This document shows, one piece after another, positions 10,176-20,924 of a stretch of 64,000 nucleotides of DNA. Source of the stretch: Alphaproteobacteria bacterium UBA1218. GTDB lineage: Bacteria > Pseudomonadota > Alphaproteobacteria > Rs-D84. The notes under the pieces are model-generated. The model was not told the origin of the DNA. It saw nothing but the letters and a program-made list of their open reading frames with translations, and searched no databases. The stretch's first letter is position 1; every line of letters begins with the position of its first letter. The position numbers and the translations under genes are program-made. The stretch is from assembly GCA_002309215.1 (NCBI GenBank), contig DBXG01000023.1, positions 10,086 through 74,085 on the forward strand, read 5' to 3'.

Positions 10176-12020
10176 ATGAAAATTCGTAATATTGCGATTA
10201 TCGCACACGTTGACCATGGTAAAACAACTTTGGTTGATAACATGTTGAAACAGGCTGGGACATTTCGTGAAAACGAACATGTCGAAGACCGCGTTATGGA
10301 TAGTGGCGATATTGAGCGTGAACGTGGAATTACTATTTCTGCAAAACCAACTTCGATTCAATGGGGCGAATATAAAATCAATATCGTGGATACCCCGGGA
10401 CACGCTGATTTTGGTGGCGAAGTAGAACGTATTTTATCTATGGTGGATGGTGTGGTTTTATTGGTGGACAGTGCCGAAGGGCCATTGCCACAAACTAAAT
10501 TCGTGTTGTCCAAGGCATTAAAATTAAATCTGCGCCCTATTGTGTGTATAAATAAAATTGATCGTGGCGATGCCAGACCGGAAGAAGTTTTAACAGAAAC
10601 TTTTGATTTGTTTGATAAACTGGGGGCAACAGATTCACAACTTGATTTTCCATATTTGTATGCATGCGGTCGTGATGGTTGGGCGATTCGTGATTTGAAA
10701 GATATTGATAACCCAAACAAAGATTTAACACCATTGTTCCAATTGATAGTGGATCATGTCCCTGCCCCAGATTGCAACGGAACCAGATGCCAAATTGATG
10801 CACCTTTCACTATGTTGGCAACGACACTAGAAGCAGACCCTTATGTTGGTCGTATTTTGACTGGAAAAATCGAATCGGGAACCGTTCGTGTTGGACAAAG
10901 TGTGAAAGCAATCAATATGCAGGGCGAATTTATTGAAAATGCCAAAATCACAAAGATTATTGAACACCAAGGTATAAACAAAGTATCACGTGATTCTGCA
11001 TCTGCTGGCGACATCGTTGTTATTGCCGGTTTTTCCAAGGCAACCGTGGCAGATACATTATGCGATCCATCTGTGAACGAACCAATACCGGCTATGCCAA
11101 TTGACCCACCAACATTGACCATGACATTCTTTGTGAACACATCACCTTTGGCTGGTAAATCTGGTAAAAAATTGACTTCCCGTATGATTGGTGAAAGATT
11201 ATTCCGCGAAGCTGAAACAAACATCGCATTGAAAGTTTCACAAAGTGAAAACAACGAAGCATTCGAAGTTTCAGGTCGTGGCGAATTACAATTGGGTATT
11301 TTGATTGAAACTATGCGTCGTGAAGGTTTCGAATTGTCTGTATCACGCCCACGCGTTGTTATGCAGACAGATGAAAATGGTGAAAAACTGGAACCAATCG
11401 AAGAAGTCGTTATTGATGTAGATGATGAATTCAGCGGTGTTGTTATTGAAAAAATGACTAAACGCAAAGCAACAATAACAGAGATGAAACCATCAGGCAT
11501 TGGCAAAACACGTATTGTATTTTCTGCACCATCACGCGGTTTGATTGGTTATTTATCTGAATTCAGAACTGATACACGTGGCACAGGTATTATGAATCGC
11601 GTGTTTGATTCTTATGGTCCATATCGTGGTCCAATCACTCAATACCGTCCAGGTGTTTTGGTTTCTATGGAAGCCGGCGCAACAACAACATACGCCTTGC
11701 ACAATTTGGAACCACGTGGTGTTTTATTTGTTGGTCCACAGACCGAGGTTTACAGCGGTATGATTGTTGGCGAACATAGCAAAGAAAACGATATAGAGGT
11801 TAATCCTGTTCGTGGCAAACAACTAACAAATGTTCGTAGTGTAACTGCTGATGAAAAATTATTCTTGGCACCGCCACGCAAAATGTCTTTGGAAGAAGCG
11901 CTGTCTTATATCCAAGATGATGAATTGGTAGAGGTTACACCAGCGACTATCCGTCTGCGTAAAAAAGAATTAGATAGTGGCAAACGTAAAAAAGCATATC
12001 GTTATGCCGAAACAGATTAA
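10176..12020 (+). CDS. typA: translational GTPase TypA/BipA
   Basis: AHVDHGKTTL G1 motif, DTPGHADF, NKIDR, and EF-G-like domains with a C-terminal BipA region. ATG at 10176 is preceded by AAAGG; the track ORF starts 33 nt upstream. Confidence 0.9.
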   Translation: MKIRNIAIIAHVDHGKTTLVDNMLKQAGTFRENEHVEDRVMDSGDIERERGITISAKPTSIQWGEYKINIVDTPGHADFGGEVERILSMVDGVVLLVDSAEGPLPQTKFVLSKALKLNLRPIVCINKIDRGDARPEEVLTETFDLFDKLGATDSQLDFPYLYACGRDGWAIRDLKDIDNPNKDLTPLFQLIVDHVPAPDCNGTRCQIDAPFTMLATTLEADPYVGRILTGKIESGTVRVGQSVKAINMQGEFIENAKITKIIEHQGINKVSRDSASAGDIVVIAGFSKATVADTLCDPSVNEPIPAMPIDPPTLTMTFFVNTSPLAGKSGKKLTSRMIGERLFREAETNIALKVSQSENNEAFEVSGRGELQLGILIETMRREGFELSVSRPRVVMQTDENGEKLEPIEEVVIDVDDEFSGVVIEKMTKRKATITEMKPSGIGKTRIVFSAPSRGLIGYLSEFRTDTRGTGIMNRVFDSYGPYRGPITQYRPGVLVSMEAGATTTYALHNLEPRGVLFVGPQTEVYSGMIVGEHSKENDIEVNPVRGKQLTNVRSVTADEKLFLAPPRKMSLEEALSYIQDDELVEVTPATIRLRKKELDSGKRKKAYRYAETD

Positions 12021-12043
12021 AAACAAAAACGATATACAACTTA

Positions 12044-12070
12044 AAAACCGCTGTATTGGCGGTTTTTTAT
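12044..12070 (+). terminator. rho-independent terminator after typA
   Basis: AAAACCGC-loop-GCGGTTTT followed by a T-run. Confidence 0.7.
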
Positions 12071-12113
12071 TATTCTTTTGCATAAACGAATAAAAACATA
12101 TATAATATATAAT

Positions 12114-12956
12114 ATGCAAAACAAACAATCTAAACGCATAGCAGCAATAACCATGGCGCGGGACGATGAATTTTTTCTTTCCCGCTGGATTGCATATTAT
12201 GGAAAACAATTTGGCACAAAAAATCTATATATTTTACTGGACGGAAACGACCAAAAAGTACCTGAAAATATTGGTGATGCACATATAACAAAATTGCCAC
12301 ATATTCCAATGTCACGTTCGTCTGGTGACAAATACAGAATAAACAAACTTTCTGAATTGGCGCACAAATTATTAAAACAATACGATATTGTAATTGGTTG
12401 TGATACTGACGAATTTTTGATTGTTGATCCAAAAACAAAACAGACATTATCAGAATATCTATCAAACAAAAAAATCTATACTTCTTTATCAGGGCTGGGT
12501 TTGGATATAGGCCAACATCTATCCAAAGAAAAAACATTGGATAAAAAGGCACCATTTTTGGAACAGCGCGAATATGCCCTGCTTTCTACACGTTATACAA
12601 AACCTGTTGTTATAACTAAACCTATTTTTTGGGGCAGCGGTTTTCACAGTATAAAACACCATAATTTTCACATTGATAAAACCTTGTATTTATTACACTT
12701 TGGCGCAATTGATATGAAGATGCTGGAACAAAAGGCACAAAAACGTGGTACTGATTGGTTGAATCATTTGAAAAGACGCGGTAATGGAACAATCAATTTA
12801 ATAACAAATAAAAAACCAAAATCTGAAAAATGGTTAAATATTGTGCGTATTTTACAAACATATTGTCGTCCAATTTATGCACTTCGTAAACCCGCAATGT
12901 TCGGATTAAAACCTGTTATTAAGATACCAACAAGATTCAAGAAATCAGGGATATAA
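12114..12956 (+). CDS. putative GT-A-fold nucleotide-sugar transferase (uncharacterised family)
   Basis: About 280 aa. Has AAITMARDDEFFL...LYILLDGNDQ and a CDTDEF DXD-like motif. The family assignment is only a guess. Confidence 0.35.
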   Translation: MQNKQSKRIAAITMARDDEFFLSRWIAYYGKQFGTKNLYILLDGNDQKVPENIGDAHITKLPHIPMSRSSGDKYRINKLSELAHKLLKQYDIVIGCDTDEFLIVDPKTKQTLSEYLSNKKIYTSLSGLGLDIGQHLSKEKTLDKKAPFLEQREYALLSTRYTKPVVITKPIFWGSGFHSIKHHNFHIDKTLYLLHFGAIDMKMLEQKAQKRGTDWLNHLKRRGNGTINLITNKKPKSEKWLNIVRILQTYCRPIYALRKPAMFGLKPVIKIPTRFKKSGI

Positions 12957-14076
12957 TTTCCTTGGCAACTGTTTTACTATCAAAACGGTTTAATGATTTT
13001 GTTGATTTTTCAACCATCTTTTTCACATCAATATTTTTATTGTGAACATCTATCATACATTTTGCCAAATCTTCTGCATCACCAGGCTGAAAAAGCATAC
13101 CACCATCGCCATTTAATAAAATCTCACGTGGGCCACATTTACAATCAGATGCAATATTTAATGTTCCAAGAATCGCAGATTCTATCAGCACAGTTGGCAA
13201 ACCTTCGCTGAAACTGGATAAAATATTTGCACGCGCGTTCTTCATATAAACAAACGGATTTTTTGTTGAGCCAACAAAAACAATTTGTTTTGATGATTCC
13301 AGATTATTTGCATATTTTTTGTAATTATTTGCCTTGTTTCCATCACCAACAATGACTAATTTTATATTTGGTTTTTTGTTTAATAACCAAAACACATTAA
13401 AACCGTTTAATACTGTTATAATATCTTTATCTGCAGACAACCTTGATACACAGCAAAAATAATCCTCTTTTATTTTATTGAGTTTTGCATCTGTCATTTT
13501 TCTGATTGCGGCGATATCAAACGGATTATAAATTCGAATAAACTTACCACTTTGATTTGGATACATATCAACAATTTCGTTTATAAAGTCATCTGTCAAA
13601 GCAACAATTTTATCGTAATTATCACAATAATTTATACATTTATGTTTCAGAAATTCATCAACAGAAGAATGAAACCAGGCAATTTTACGACCTGATTTAA
13701 TATGCTTGAACTCTTTATAAAAACCAAAACCATGATAATCAATAAACACATCAATATCTTGGAGTTTATGCATTCTACATACAAAACGTTTACAATTACG
13801 ATATATATCACGCAATAGATGAATGAACAACCGCCACACAACAAAATGTGGTAATTTTGTTCCCAACCATTTACAAGGATAAAGTGAATAAACTTTGATT
13901 TCTGGATGTTTATCTAAATATTCACGATATATCGGAACAGATATATTTGCATAAGTAATCAAAGATATTTCAATATTTTGGTTCTTCAACAATTCGTCAA
14001 AAGTCCGAATTAAAACGGATTCAACACCGCCAATTTGCATATCGCGCAAACAAAAAGCCACCCGTATTTTTTTCAT
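12937..14076 (-). CDS. glycosyltransferase family 4 (GT-B)
   Basis: 379 aa. C-terminal EGLPTVLIESAILGTLNIASD (E-x7-E) signature of GT4 enzymes. Confidence 0.7.
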   Translation of the reverse strand: MKKIRVAFCLRDMQIGGVESVLIRTFDELLKNQNIEISLITYANISVPIYREYLDKHPEIKVYSLYPCKWLGTKLPHFVVWRLFIHLLRDIYRNCKRFVCRMHKLQDIDVFIDYHGFGFYKEFKHIKSGRKIAWFHSSVDEFLKHKCINYCDNYDKIVALTDDFINEIVDMYPNQSGKFIRIYNPFDIAAIRKMTDAKLNKIKEDYFCCVSRLSADKDIITVLNGFNVFWLLNKKPNIKLVIVGDGNKANNYKKYANNLESSKQIVFVGSTKNPFVYMKNARANILSSFSEGLPTVLIESAILGTLNIASDCKCGPREILLNGDGGMLFQPGDAEDLAKCMIDVHNKNIDVKKMVEKSTKSLNRFDSKTVAKEIISLIS

Positions 14077-15095
14077 CTGTTGGCCCCGATGAATTCGTAT
14101 ATTTTATTGCGTAAATCATACCATTCATCTGGCACAGAATCAAAAATCCCCATTTTATTCATTTCAACAAACTCTGCACGTGCAGATTCTATCTCTTCTG
14201 GTAATTGCAAATATTTCAGTTTACGAAAAGCCCAATTCACAAAATACCACATAAACAAAGATTGCCATTTTTTCATTTGTTCTACGTCAGCCTGAGCTGC
14301 ATATAATCTGTATGCCGCTTTTATCCCTGTACACAGACTTTTCATAATGCGTAATTGTTTTGCCGAAAGAACAATCCCACCAAAATTTGGTATGTAATAA
14401 TATAGTGGTAATGGTGCAACTGTCACACGTGGACGCTTTAACATAATCATGGACCACCATGGGAAATCTTCAAATAAAATCCCCTTGATAAACGGCGTAT
14501 CTTTAATCAAAGAAGTTTTATATAGATTCTTCCATACCTGACAATGTTTAATCAACCACTTACGATTTCGGTTAGTTCTATTATGCGTACGTTCAGTAGC
14601 ATACTCAAACACATCATCTGTTGTTCGTGTTGCAATTTTATCAATATTATATCTTTTATTGATACCGAAAGGTTTTACATTATCTGTATCCATATGCAAG
14701 ACATGGCGTACCATCAGCAATGGACGATAAATCCTGTCATATGTAAAGGAAACAATATCAGATTTATTGTTTTCTGCTAATTTATAAGCGATTTCCATTG
14801 TTTGCGGATGAATAAAATCATCACTGTCCAAAAACATTACATATTCAGATTTAACATATTTCATACCCGCGTTTCTGGCATCACTTAATCCACCATTTTC
14901 TTTGTGAACAACAATAAAACGTTTATCTGCTTTTGCATACTCTTCTGCAATTTTACCAGAATTATCAGGCGAGCCATCATCAACACAAATTGCAACCCAA
15001 TCGGAAAAAGTTTGATTTTTTACAGAATCCAGACACCTGACTAGATATTTTTCTACATTATACATTGGAATAATTATAGATATCTTTGGCGTCAT
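14073..15095 (-). CDS. glycosyltransferase family 2
   Basis: 340 aa. N-terminal ISIIIPMYNVEKYL...CVDDGSPDNS...FLDSDD is a classic GT2 DXD domain. It overlaps the GT4 gene by 4 nt. Confidence 0.8.
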   Translation of the reverse strand: MTPKISIIIPMYNVEKYLVRCLDSVKNQTFSDWVAICVDDGSPDNSGKIAEEYAKADKRFIVVHKENGGLSDARNAGMKYVKSEYVMFLDSDDFIHPQTMEIAYKLAENNKSDIVSFTYDRIYRPLLMVRHVLHMDTDNVKPFGINKRYNIDKIATRTTDDVFEYATERTHNRTNRNRKWLIKHCQVWKNLYKTSLIKDTPFIKGILFEDFPWWSMIMLKRPRVTVAPLPLYYYIPNFGGIVLSAKQLRIMKSLCTGIKAAYRLYAAQADVEQMKKWQSLFMWYFVNWAFRKLKYLQLPEEIESARAEFVEMNKMGIFDSVPDEWYDLRNKIYEFIGANR

Positions 15096-15105
15096 ATTAA
15101 AATCC

Positions 15106-16014
15106 TTACATTTTATTTATCATAACATCTGCGAAAGAACCAGGAATCGGATTATCCGAACCACGATAGGTTGTTTTCTGAAAAAAAGCACCAGATGTCA
15201 CATTATCAAATTTTTCTTGATTAAATGGTTCATCTTTATAAGCCCACCATAACGCATGCGTTGGATCTTGGGCAACATGTGGCATTTTATCAAAATACTT
15301 TTGTGCAGTTTTATTGCCAGTAACCAAAGTCTTGAATAATAACTGATGCATAAAATAATCAAATATATGATTTTCGTTCATCCAATAATCCAGTATCATT
15401 GCACGCCACGCAGCCAACAAATAAGCCCCCTTGCGTGCACGAATAAAACAATTTTGCATAAATGAATATGGCGAACCACCAATATCATAATTATTACCAG
15501 TTAAATAAACAAAGAAATCTTGCTCAATAATCCAATCTGGAATTGGTTCTGTCACAAAACAGGTTGAATCCAACCAAATACCACCATGTTCATAAAGCAA
15601 TTCAACACGACAAATATCTGCAAAATGCGCGTGCCCTATTTTGCCATCTTTATATTTTTTTACTATTTGTTCTGGCAAAGAAATATAATCAAATACAGTA
15701 TTTGCATCCAAAACAATCAATTCTTGTTTACAATGACGACGAACACTGCGATAACAAGCCTTTACCAGCGCAGGGGCTTTTTCTTCACCCTGCAACCAAA
15801 TAGTAAATATTTTTTCATTTTCATCATCCTTGATCGGAGCGTCTTCTTTAATCAATCTTGATACAGGCAGATACCTTTGGAAATATTTCGTCACAATCTT
15901 TGCAGTTAAATCCGTTCTTTTTTTACGTCTTTCAACGCGTGTTTTCCAAAACGGATTCAAAATATGCCCGAACAAAATTATTTGGAACAAAGCAATTTTT
16001 CTTGCAATTTTCAC
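15106..16014 (-). CDS. putative DXD-type glycosyltransferase (GT32 / capsule-synthesis-like)
   Basis: 302 aa. IFTIWLQGEEKAP, LIVLDANTV and YEHGGIWLDSTCFV resemble Gly_transf_sug/Caps_synth families. Confidence 0.45.
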   Translation of the reverse strand: MKIARKIALFQIILFGHILNPFWKTRVERRKKRTDLTAKIVTKYFQRYLPVSRLIKEDAPIKDDENEKIFTIWLQGEEKAPALVKACYRSVRRHCKQELIVLDANTVFDYISLPEQIVKKYKDGKIGHAHFADICRVELLYEHGGIWLDSTCFVTEPIPDWIIEQDFFVYLTGNNYDIGGSPYSFMQNCFIRARKGAYLLAAWRAMILDYWMNENHIFDYFMHQLLFKTLVTGNKTAQKYFDKMPHVAQDPTHALWWAYKDEPFNQEKFDNVTSGAFFQKTTYRGSDNPIPGSFADVMINKM

Positions 16015-16035
16015 GAAATCACCCCTTGTATTAAA

Positions 16036-17109
16036 TTATTCAGAATCAACAACACTGTCTTCTTCTTCAATCGGCCCCGTTGTCATTTCTTCTGCAATTC
16101 CATTTGCCTTGGCCATGATTTTATCCAACAATTCTTTTTGGGCATCTTCATGATCTTTCAACCACTGACGCGCGTTTGCTTCACCTTGACCAATACGTTC
16201 ATCGTTATAAGAATAAAAACTGCCTGCTTTTTCTATAAAGTTATATTTGACACCCATATCCAATATTTCGCTTATTCTGGAAATACCTTCGCCATACATA
16301 ATCTTGAAATCAACAGTTCTGAATGGTGGCGCAACCTTGTTTTTAACAATCTTGACCCGGGTTTCATTACCAATAACATTTTCTTTGTCTTTTATCGCGC
16401 CAGTTCTGCGAATATCTAAACGCACAGAAGCATAGAATTTCAATGCATTTCCACCAGATGTTGTTTCAGGGCTACCAAACATAACACCGATTTTCATACG
16501 AATCTGGTTGATAAAAATCAACAATGTATTACTACGTGAAACACTGCCCGCCAATTTTTTTAATGACTGACTCATCAATCTGGCGGTTGTGCCCATATAA
16601 GTATCACCGATATTGCCTTCTAATTCAGCCTTTGGTACCAATGCCGCCACAGAATCAACCACAACAACATCCACTGCCCCAGATTTTATCAAAGTATCTG
16701 CGATTTCTAATGCTTGTTCACCAGAATCAGGTTGTGAAATAATTAAATTTGCAACATCTACACCCAATTTTCTGGCATATGACGGATCCAAAGCGTTTTC
16801 AGCATCAATATACGCACATGTTCCGCCTTTCTTTTGTGCTTCCGCCACCGCATGCAAAGCCAATGTTGTTTTACCAGAAGATTCAGGCCCGTATATTTCA
16901 ACAATTCTGCCACGCGGATAACCACCAATTCCCAACGCGATGTCCAACCCCAAAGAACCGGACGATATTGCCTCTATATTCTGCTGAGAACCATCACCCA
17001 TTTTCATGATAGCTTCTTTACCAAATTGTTTCTGAATTTGTGCCAACGCAGATTCTAATGCAGGATTTTTTGCAATTGGCGCCACTTTTTCAACTTCTTT
17101 TTTTGCCAT
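16036..17109 (-). CDS. recA: recombinase RecA
   Basis: 357 aa with GPESSGKTT Walker A and conserved L1/L2 regions. Confidence 0.95.
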   Translation of the reverse strand: MAKKEVEKVAPIAKNPALESALAQIQKQFGKEAIMKMGDGSQQNIEAISSGSLGLDIALGIGGYPRGRIVEIYGPESSGKTTLALHAVAEAQKKGGTCAYIDAENALDPSYARKLGVDVANLIISQPDSGEQALEIADTLIKSGAVDVVVVDSVAALVPKAELEGNIGDTYMGTTARLMSQSLKKLAGSVSRSNTLLIFINQIRMKIGVMFGSPETTSGGNALKFYASVRLDIRRTGAIKDKENVIGNETRVKIVKNKVAPPFRTVDFKIMYGEGISRISEILDMGVKYNFIEKAGSFYSYNDERIGQGEANARQWLKDHEDAQKELLDKIMAKANGIAEEMTTGPIEEEDSVVDSE

Positions 17110-17175
17110 ATATTACCCCTTTACTTTTAGGGAAATAATACACAGAAAACCCACCTAATGCAAGGTGTATTTACA

Positions 17176-18387
17176 TCAACGTTTTGACCATAAAACCAAC
17201 GTAGACAAAACCCCAGCAACCGCAGTTATCAACCACACAGCAGATGTTGTTCCAAACAACGTGATGCACAAAGTCCCTAAAACAGGTGCAATAACACTGG
17301 GGAAATTCACACTTGTCCTGAAAACACCGTAATATCTTGCCTGTTGACGTTTAGGCATATAATTAAAGAACATTAAATCGTGTGCACTTTCCATAAATGC
17401 GCCAGATATTTGCCATAATATAAACACCGCTAACAAAGCATACCCTGTAATAAATGTAGCAATCACAGAAAAAGCCGCAAAAGACAGAAAACCCAACGCC
17501 AACCACAACCTGACACCATACTTCTTCATCCATTTACCAATAAACATATCTATTATTATATATGGCAAAATACCAATTGATAAAACAATACCCAAGGTTT
17601 CGTTTGAAAAACCATTTTCAATCACAACGATTGGCACATACAATAACCGAACTGAACGCAACGCATAAAAACCAAAGTTCACAAGATACGCGCGCAACAT
17701 ACCCGGTTTCTTGAAAAAAGAAATTGCATTGATACGCAAAGCCCTGAAAGTTTTACGAATATTGACGTGTTTCAATTTTTTATCTTTTTGCACAATACCA
17801 AAATGCTTGAAAAACAAAAGACCAGAAAAATAAATTATACCTGCACCTAAAAACGGCATTCTGTAATTACCGCCAAACCAACCAACAACTGTCATCGCCA
17901 ACATTGGCGCAACCAAGGCACCAACATTATCCCACAAATGCAAACGCGCATTTAGTTTTTCCATACCAACAGTTTTGGAAAAATCAGCCATAAATAATGG
18001 CAACAGAACACTGACCAATGTTAATGCAGTTTGCGATGCATAATCCAAAACAATAAAAGTTTCTGGTTTTACAGAAAAACTCATCATGCAATAACACGCA
18101 CCCAATGTCGCCATTGTTATATACAATAATCTTGTCTTGGTAAACCACCGTAAAATTTCGGCTGAAAAAAAGCCAACAAAAACCGCAAACAGCGCATAAA
18201 CCGCTGCATAGACACCAACCGCAGCAGATGCCATTTCTTCATTAAAAAATATTTTGAATATACTTAATAATACCAGCGAATATACTGCATTAACTATGCC
18301 ACTTGAAAAACCAGTAAACAACCCCAGATTCGTAAATGAAAATCCGGTAACATTTTTTCTGATTGCAAGATATTTATCTCTGGCCAT
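17176..18387 (-). CDS. MFS-family transporter
   Basis: About 400 aa with 12 predicted TM helices. Substrate cannot be inferred. Confidence 0.55.
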   Translation of the reverse strand: MARDKYLAIRKNVTGFSFTNLGLFTGFSSGIVNAVYSLVLLSIFKIFFNEEMASAAVGVYAAVYALFAVFVGFFSAEILRWFTKTRLLYITMATLGACYCMMSFSVKPETFIVLDYASQTALTLVSVLLPLFMADFSKTVGMEKLNARLHLWDNVGALVAPMLAMTVVGWFGGNYRMPFLGAGIIYFSGLLFFKHFGIVQKDKKLKHVNIRKTFRALRINAISFFKKPGMLRAYLVNFGFYALRSVRLLYVPIVVIENGFSNETLGIVLSIGILPYIIIDMFIGKWMKKYGVRLWLALGFLSFAAFSVIATFITGYALLAVFILWQISGAFMESAHDLMFFNYMPKRQQARYYGVFRTSVNFPSVIAPVLGTLCITLFGTTSAVWLITAVAGVLSTLVLWSKR

Positions 18388-18439
18388 TTTTTCTCTCTGC
18401 AAAAATATATCACAAATATCAAATCAAGAAAATAAGTTT

Positions 18440-18916
18440 TTATGTAAATCTTGATGTGTTCGCATGTGTCAAAGCAATCGCAATCGCATCACTTTCGTCT
18501 GCTGTTTTCGGATGCGCAGTTGGCAATAATATAGACAACATTTTATAAATCTGGTCTTTGTCAGCATGCCCGATTGACGTTAATGCTTTCTTGACCTTGT
18601 TCGGTTCGTATTCAAATACAGGAATATTTTTCACCGCCACCGCAGTAATTGCGGCAGCACGCGCATGTCCCAATAACAAAGTCGTTTTACCGTTTTTATT
18701 TACAAAAATAACTTCGATACTGCATTCATTTGGTTGGAAAGTTTCACACAATTCAGAAACACCATTAAATATAAAAGCCAACCTTTCTGCCAAAGCAATC
18801 TTTGTTGGTGGCAATATTACACCACTGGCAATATATTTACGTTCACTACCTTGCACATCTATAATTGCCCAACCAGTATGTAAAAGTCCAGGGTCTATAC
18901 CCAAAATTCGTTTCAT
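18440..18916 (-). CDS. ruvC: crossover junction endodeoxyribonuclease RuvC
   Basis: 158 aa. ILGIDPGLLHTGWAI start and RuvC acidic catalytic residues. Confidence 0.85.
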   Translation of the reverse strand: MKRILGIDPGLLHTGWAIIDVQGSERKYIASGVILPPTKIALAERLAFIFNGVSELCETFQPNECSIEVIFVNKNGKTTLLLGHARAAAITAVAVKNIPVFEYEPNKVKKALTSIGHADKDQIYKMLSILLPTAHPKTADESDAIAIALTHANTSRFT

Positions 18917-18917
18917 A

Positions 18918-19253
18918 TCATTTCCGTATTGTTATTTTCGATACAGCATCATACCCATAGTATTTGTTTATCTTTTGTTTACATTCATCAACCTTGTAAG
19001 ACAATTCCAGCGCAAACGCAGGCGACACAGGTCGCAACACGATATTTAATCTGCTATCACGCGTCTTTTTAATCGCGACAACTTTGGAAATATTCGCAAT
19101 TTCATTTCCAATAACATTCGCCCAATTTTCAGATAAATCTGCATCAGACGCACGAATACCAAAAGTATCCAACAACCCCCCAAAAGATGCAGCCAAAGTT
19201 TGCGGTCTGGATTTACGAATTATTAAATTACTTTTTTTATCTTGGTTTGACAT
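18918..19253 (-). CDS. DUF721/DciA-like small protein
   Basis: 111 aa. W..VIGNEIANISK...LVLRPVSPAFALELSY pattern resembles the DUF721 consensus. The start is 1 nt after the ruvC stop. Confidence 0.4.
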   Translation of the reverse strand: MSNQDKKSNLIIRKSRPQTLAASFGGLLDTFGIRASDADLSENWANVIGNEIANISKVVAIKKTRDSRLNIVLRPVSPAFALELSYKVDECKQKINKYYGYDAVSKITIRK

Positions 19254-20331
19254 AACTATACTCTTTCGGCATCAATATAAACATTTGCCCCTGGGCATGT
19301 TGACCATGCGCAACACGATATGCTTCATCGCCCGAGCCAAAGAATATATCTGCACGTATCCAACCCTTGATTGCGCCACCTGTATCTTGGGCAACCATTA
19401 AACGATTAAACGACCGTCCATCAGATAATGAAGTATTGATATACACAGGCAATCCTAATGTATACAGCGAATCGTCCATCGCAACACTGCGTATCTTTGA
19501 CAATGGCGTTCCCAGTTTTCCAACAACGTGTTTCTGTTCCGCCTCGTAAAAATACACATAACGTGGGTTATTGTAAATAACTTCTTTGGCCAAAGTCGGA
19601 TTTTGCTTCAAATGTGTCCATACCGCATCAGCAGAATAACCACCTTCGGGTTTTATACCTTTGGCTTGTAATTGTGCACCAATAGATTTAAAAGGCATAT
19701 CATTCACAGCCGCAAAATTCAGTTTTACCATCTTGCCATCTTCCAATTTCAGCATACCACTACCCTGAATTTGCAGATTTTGCACATCAACAATGTTCGC
19801 CCAGTATAAAACACGCCCTATTTTTTTATTCACAATATCGCGCTTAGAAACACCTTTGTAATTAGCACCATTGATTGGTACCCCCATAATTGGTTCATTG
19901 CATTGTGCTGTTCTTTGACGGCAACCTTCTATGACTGGCGAATAATACCCTGTATAAGTTCCTGTTTTTCCGCCTTTTTCATTAAACACTTGATACGGTT
20001 GGAAATTTGATTCGAACCAAGCGCGCACAGTTGCAACATCAGCAGACGAACTGGGCAACATATTGCACTTTTCGCGCAACAATTCAGGATCTGGAATCAC
20101 AGAACCAGAATATTGAATCTTGGCCTTGCACGTATTACGAAACGCCTGCAAAGCATATCGCACATCATCATCACGCCAGCCTGGCAAAGCAGAATATGAC
20201 ACCGCTTTCAGATTTGATGGTATTGTTGAATCGTCCCCAACATGCGTCGGCGCAGATAAATCGCACCCTGCCATCGCAAAAATCAGCCCGATTAAAGACA
20301 AAAAACGCACAATTTTATAAAATAACAACAT
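19237..20331 (-). CDS. mltA: membrane-bound lytic murein transglycosylase A
   Basis: 364 aa. Lipoprotein signal (LIFAMAGC) and MltA/3D-domain motifs. Confidence 0.75.
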   Translation of the reverse strand: MLLFYKIVRFLSLIGLIFAMAGCDLSAPTHVGDDSTIPSNLKAVSYSALPGWRDDDVRYALQAFRNTCKAKIQYSGSVIPDPELLREKCNMLPSSSADVATVRAWFESNFQPYQVFNEKGGKTGTYTGYYSPVIEGCRQRTAQCNEPIMGVPINGANYKGVSKRDIVNKKIGRVLYWANIVDVQNLQIQGSGMLKLEDGKMVKLNFAAVNDMPFKSIGAQLQAKGIKPEGGYSADAVWTHLKQNPTLAKEVIYNNPRYVYFYEAEQKHVVGKLGTPLSKIRSVAMDDSLYTLGLPVYINTSLSDGRSFNRLMVAQDTGGAIKGWIRADIFFGSGDEAYRVAHGQHAQGQMFILMPKEYSYVKPR

Positions 20332-20409
20332 TTTAATACTCCCCCACTTGTAAAAATGATTTCTTAATGCTATATTATCATAAAACCGAGGATAAAAAAA
20401 GGAGCAATC

Positions 20410-20859
20410 ATGCCAAAGTTTAATATTATTTCACAATTCTTGAAAGACATCTCGTTCGAAAGCCCAAATGTCCCTGAATTATTTTTCAAGCAGGACAATG
20501 GTCAGGCAAAAATCGAAATCAACATTGATATAAACATCAAAGGTTCAGAAAACAATTTGTTTATGGTTGATTTGATTACTAAGGTTCACTCTAAATTGGA
20601 AAAAGACGACAAAACAATCTTTTTAATTGAATCCACTTATACGGGTATGGTCCAATACGAAGAAAAAGATGAAGAAGCCAAAAAGAAAACATTATTGATA
20701 GATGTTCCAACATTATTGTTCCCATCTGTTCGCGCGTTGGTGACAAGATTGACGGCAGAATCAGGCTTCCCAGCATTTACAATGCAACCTGTTGATTTTG
20801 CAGCATTATATGAACAAAGACAAAACGCAGCTGCAAATCAAAAACCTGCAAATCAGTAA
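20410..20859 (+). CDS. secB: protein-export chaperone SecB
   Basis: 149 aa. FNIISQFLKDISFESP N-terminus and an acidic C-terminal tail. Confidence 0.8.
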   Translation: MPKFNIISQFLKDISFESPNVPELFFKQDNGQAKIEINIDINIKGSENNLFMVDLITKVHSKLEKDDKTIFLIESTYTGMVQYEEKDEEAKKKTLLIDVPTLLFPSVRALVTRLTAESGFPAFTMQPVDFAALYEQRQNAAANQKPANQ

Positions 20860-20876
20860 AAAATATAATAACAAAA

Positions 20877-20905
20877 CAAAAACCCTGATGACAATCAGGG
20901 TTTTT
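20877..20905. terminator. bidirectional rho-independent terminator between secB and the convergent UDG-like gene
   Basis: AAAAACCCTGAT-GACAA-TCAGGGTTTTT, with A/T runs on both sides. Confidence 0.7.
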
Positions 20906-20924
20906 GTTTTGGTTATTTAACACA

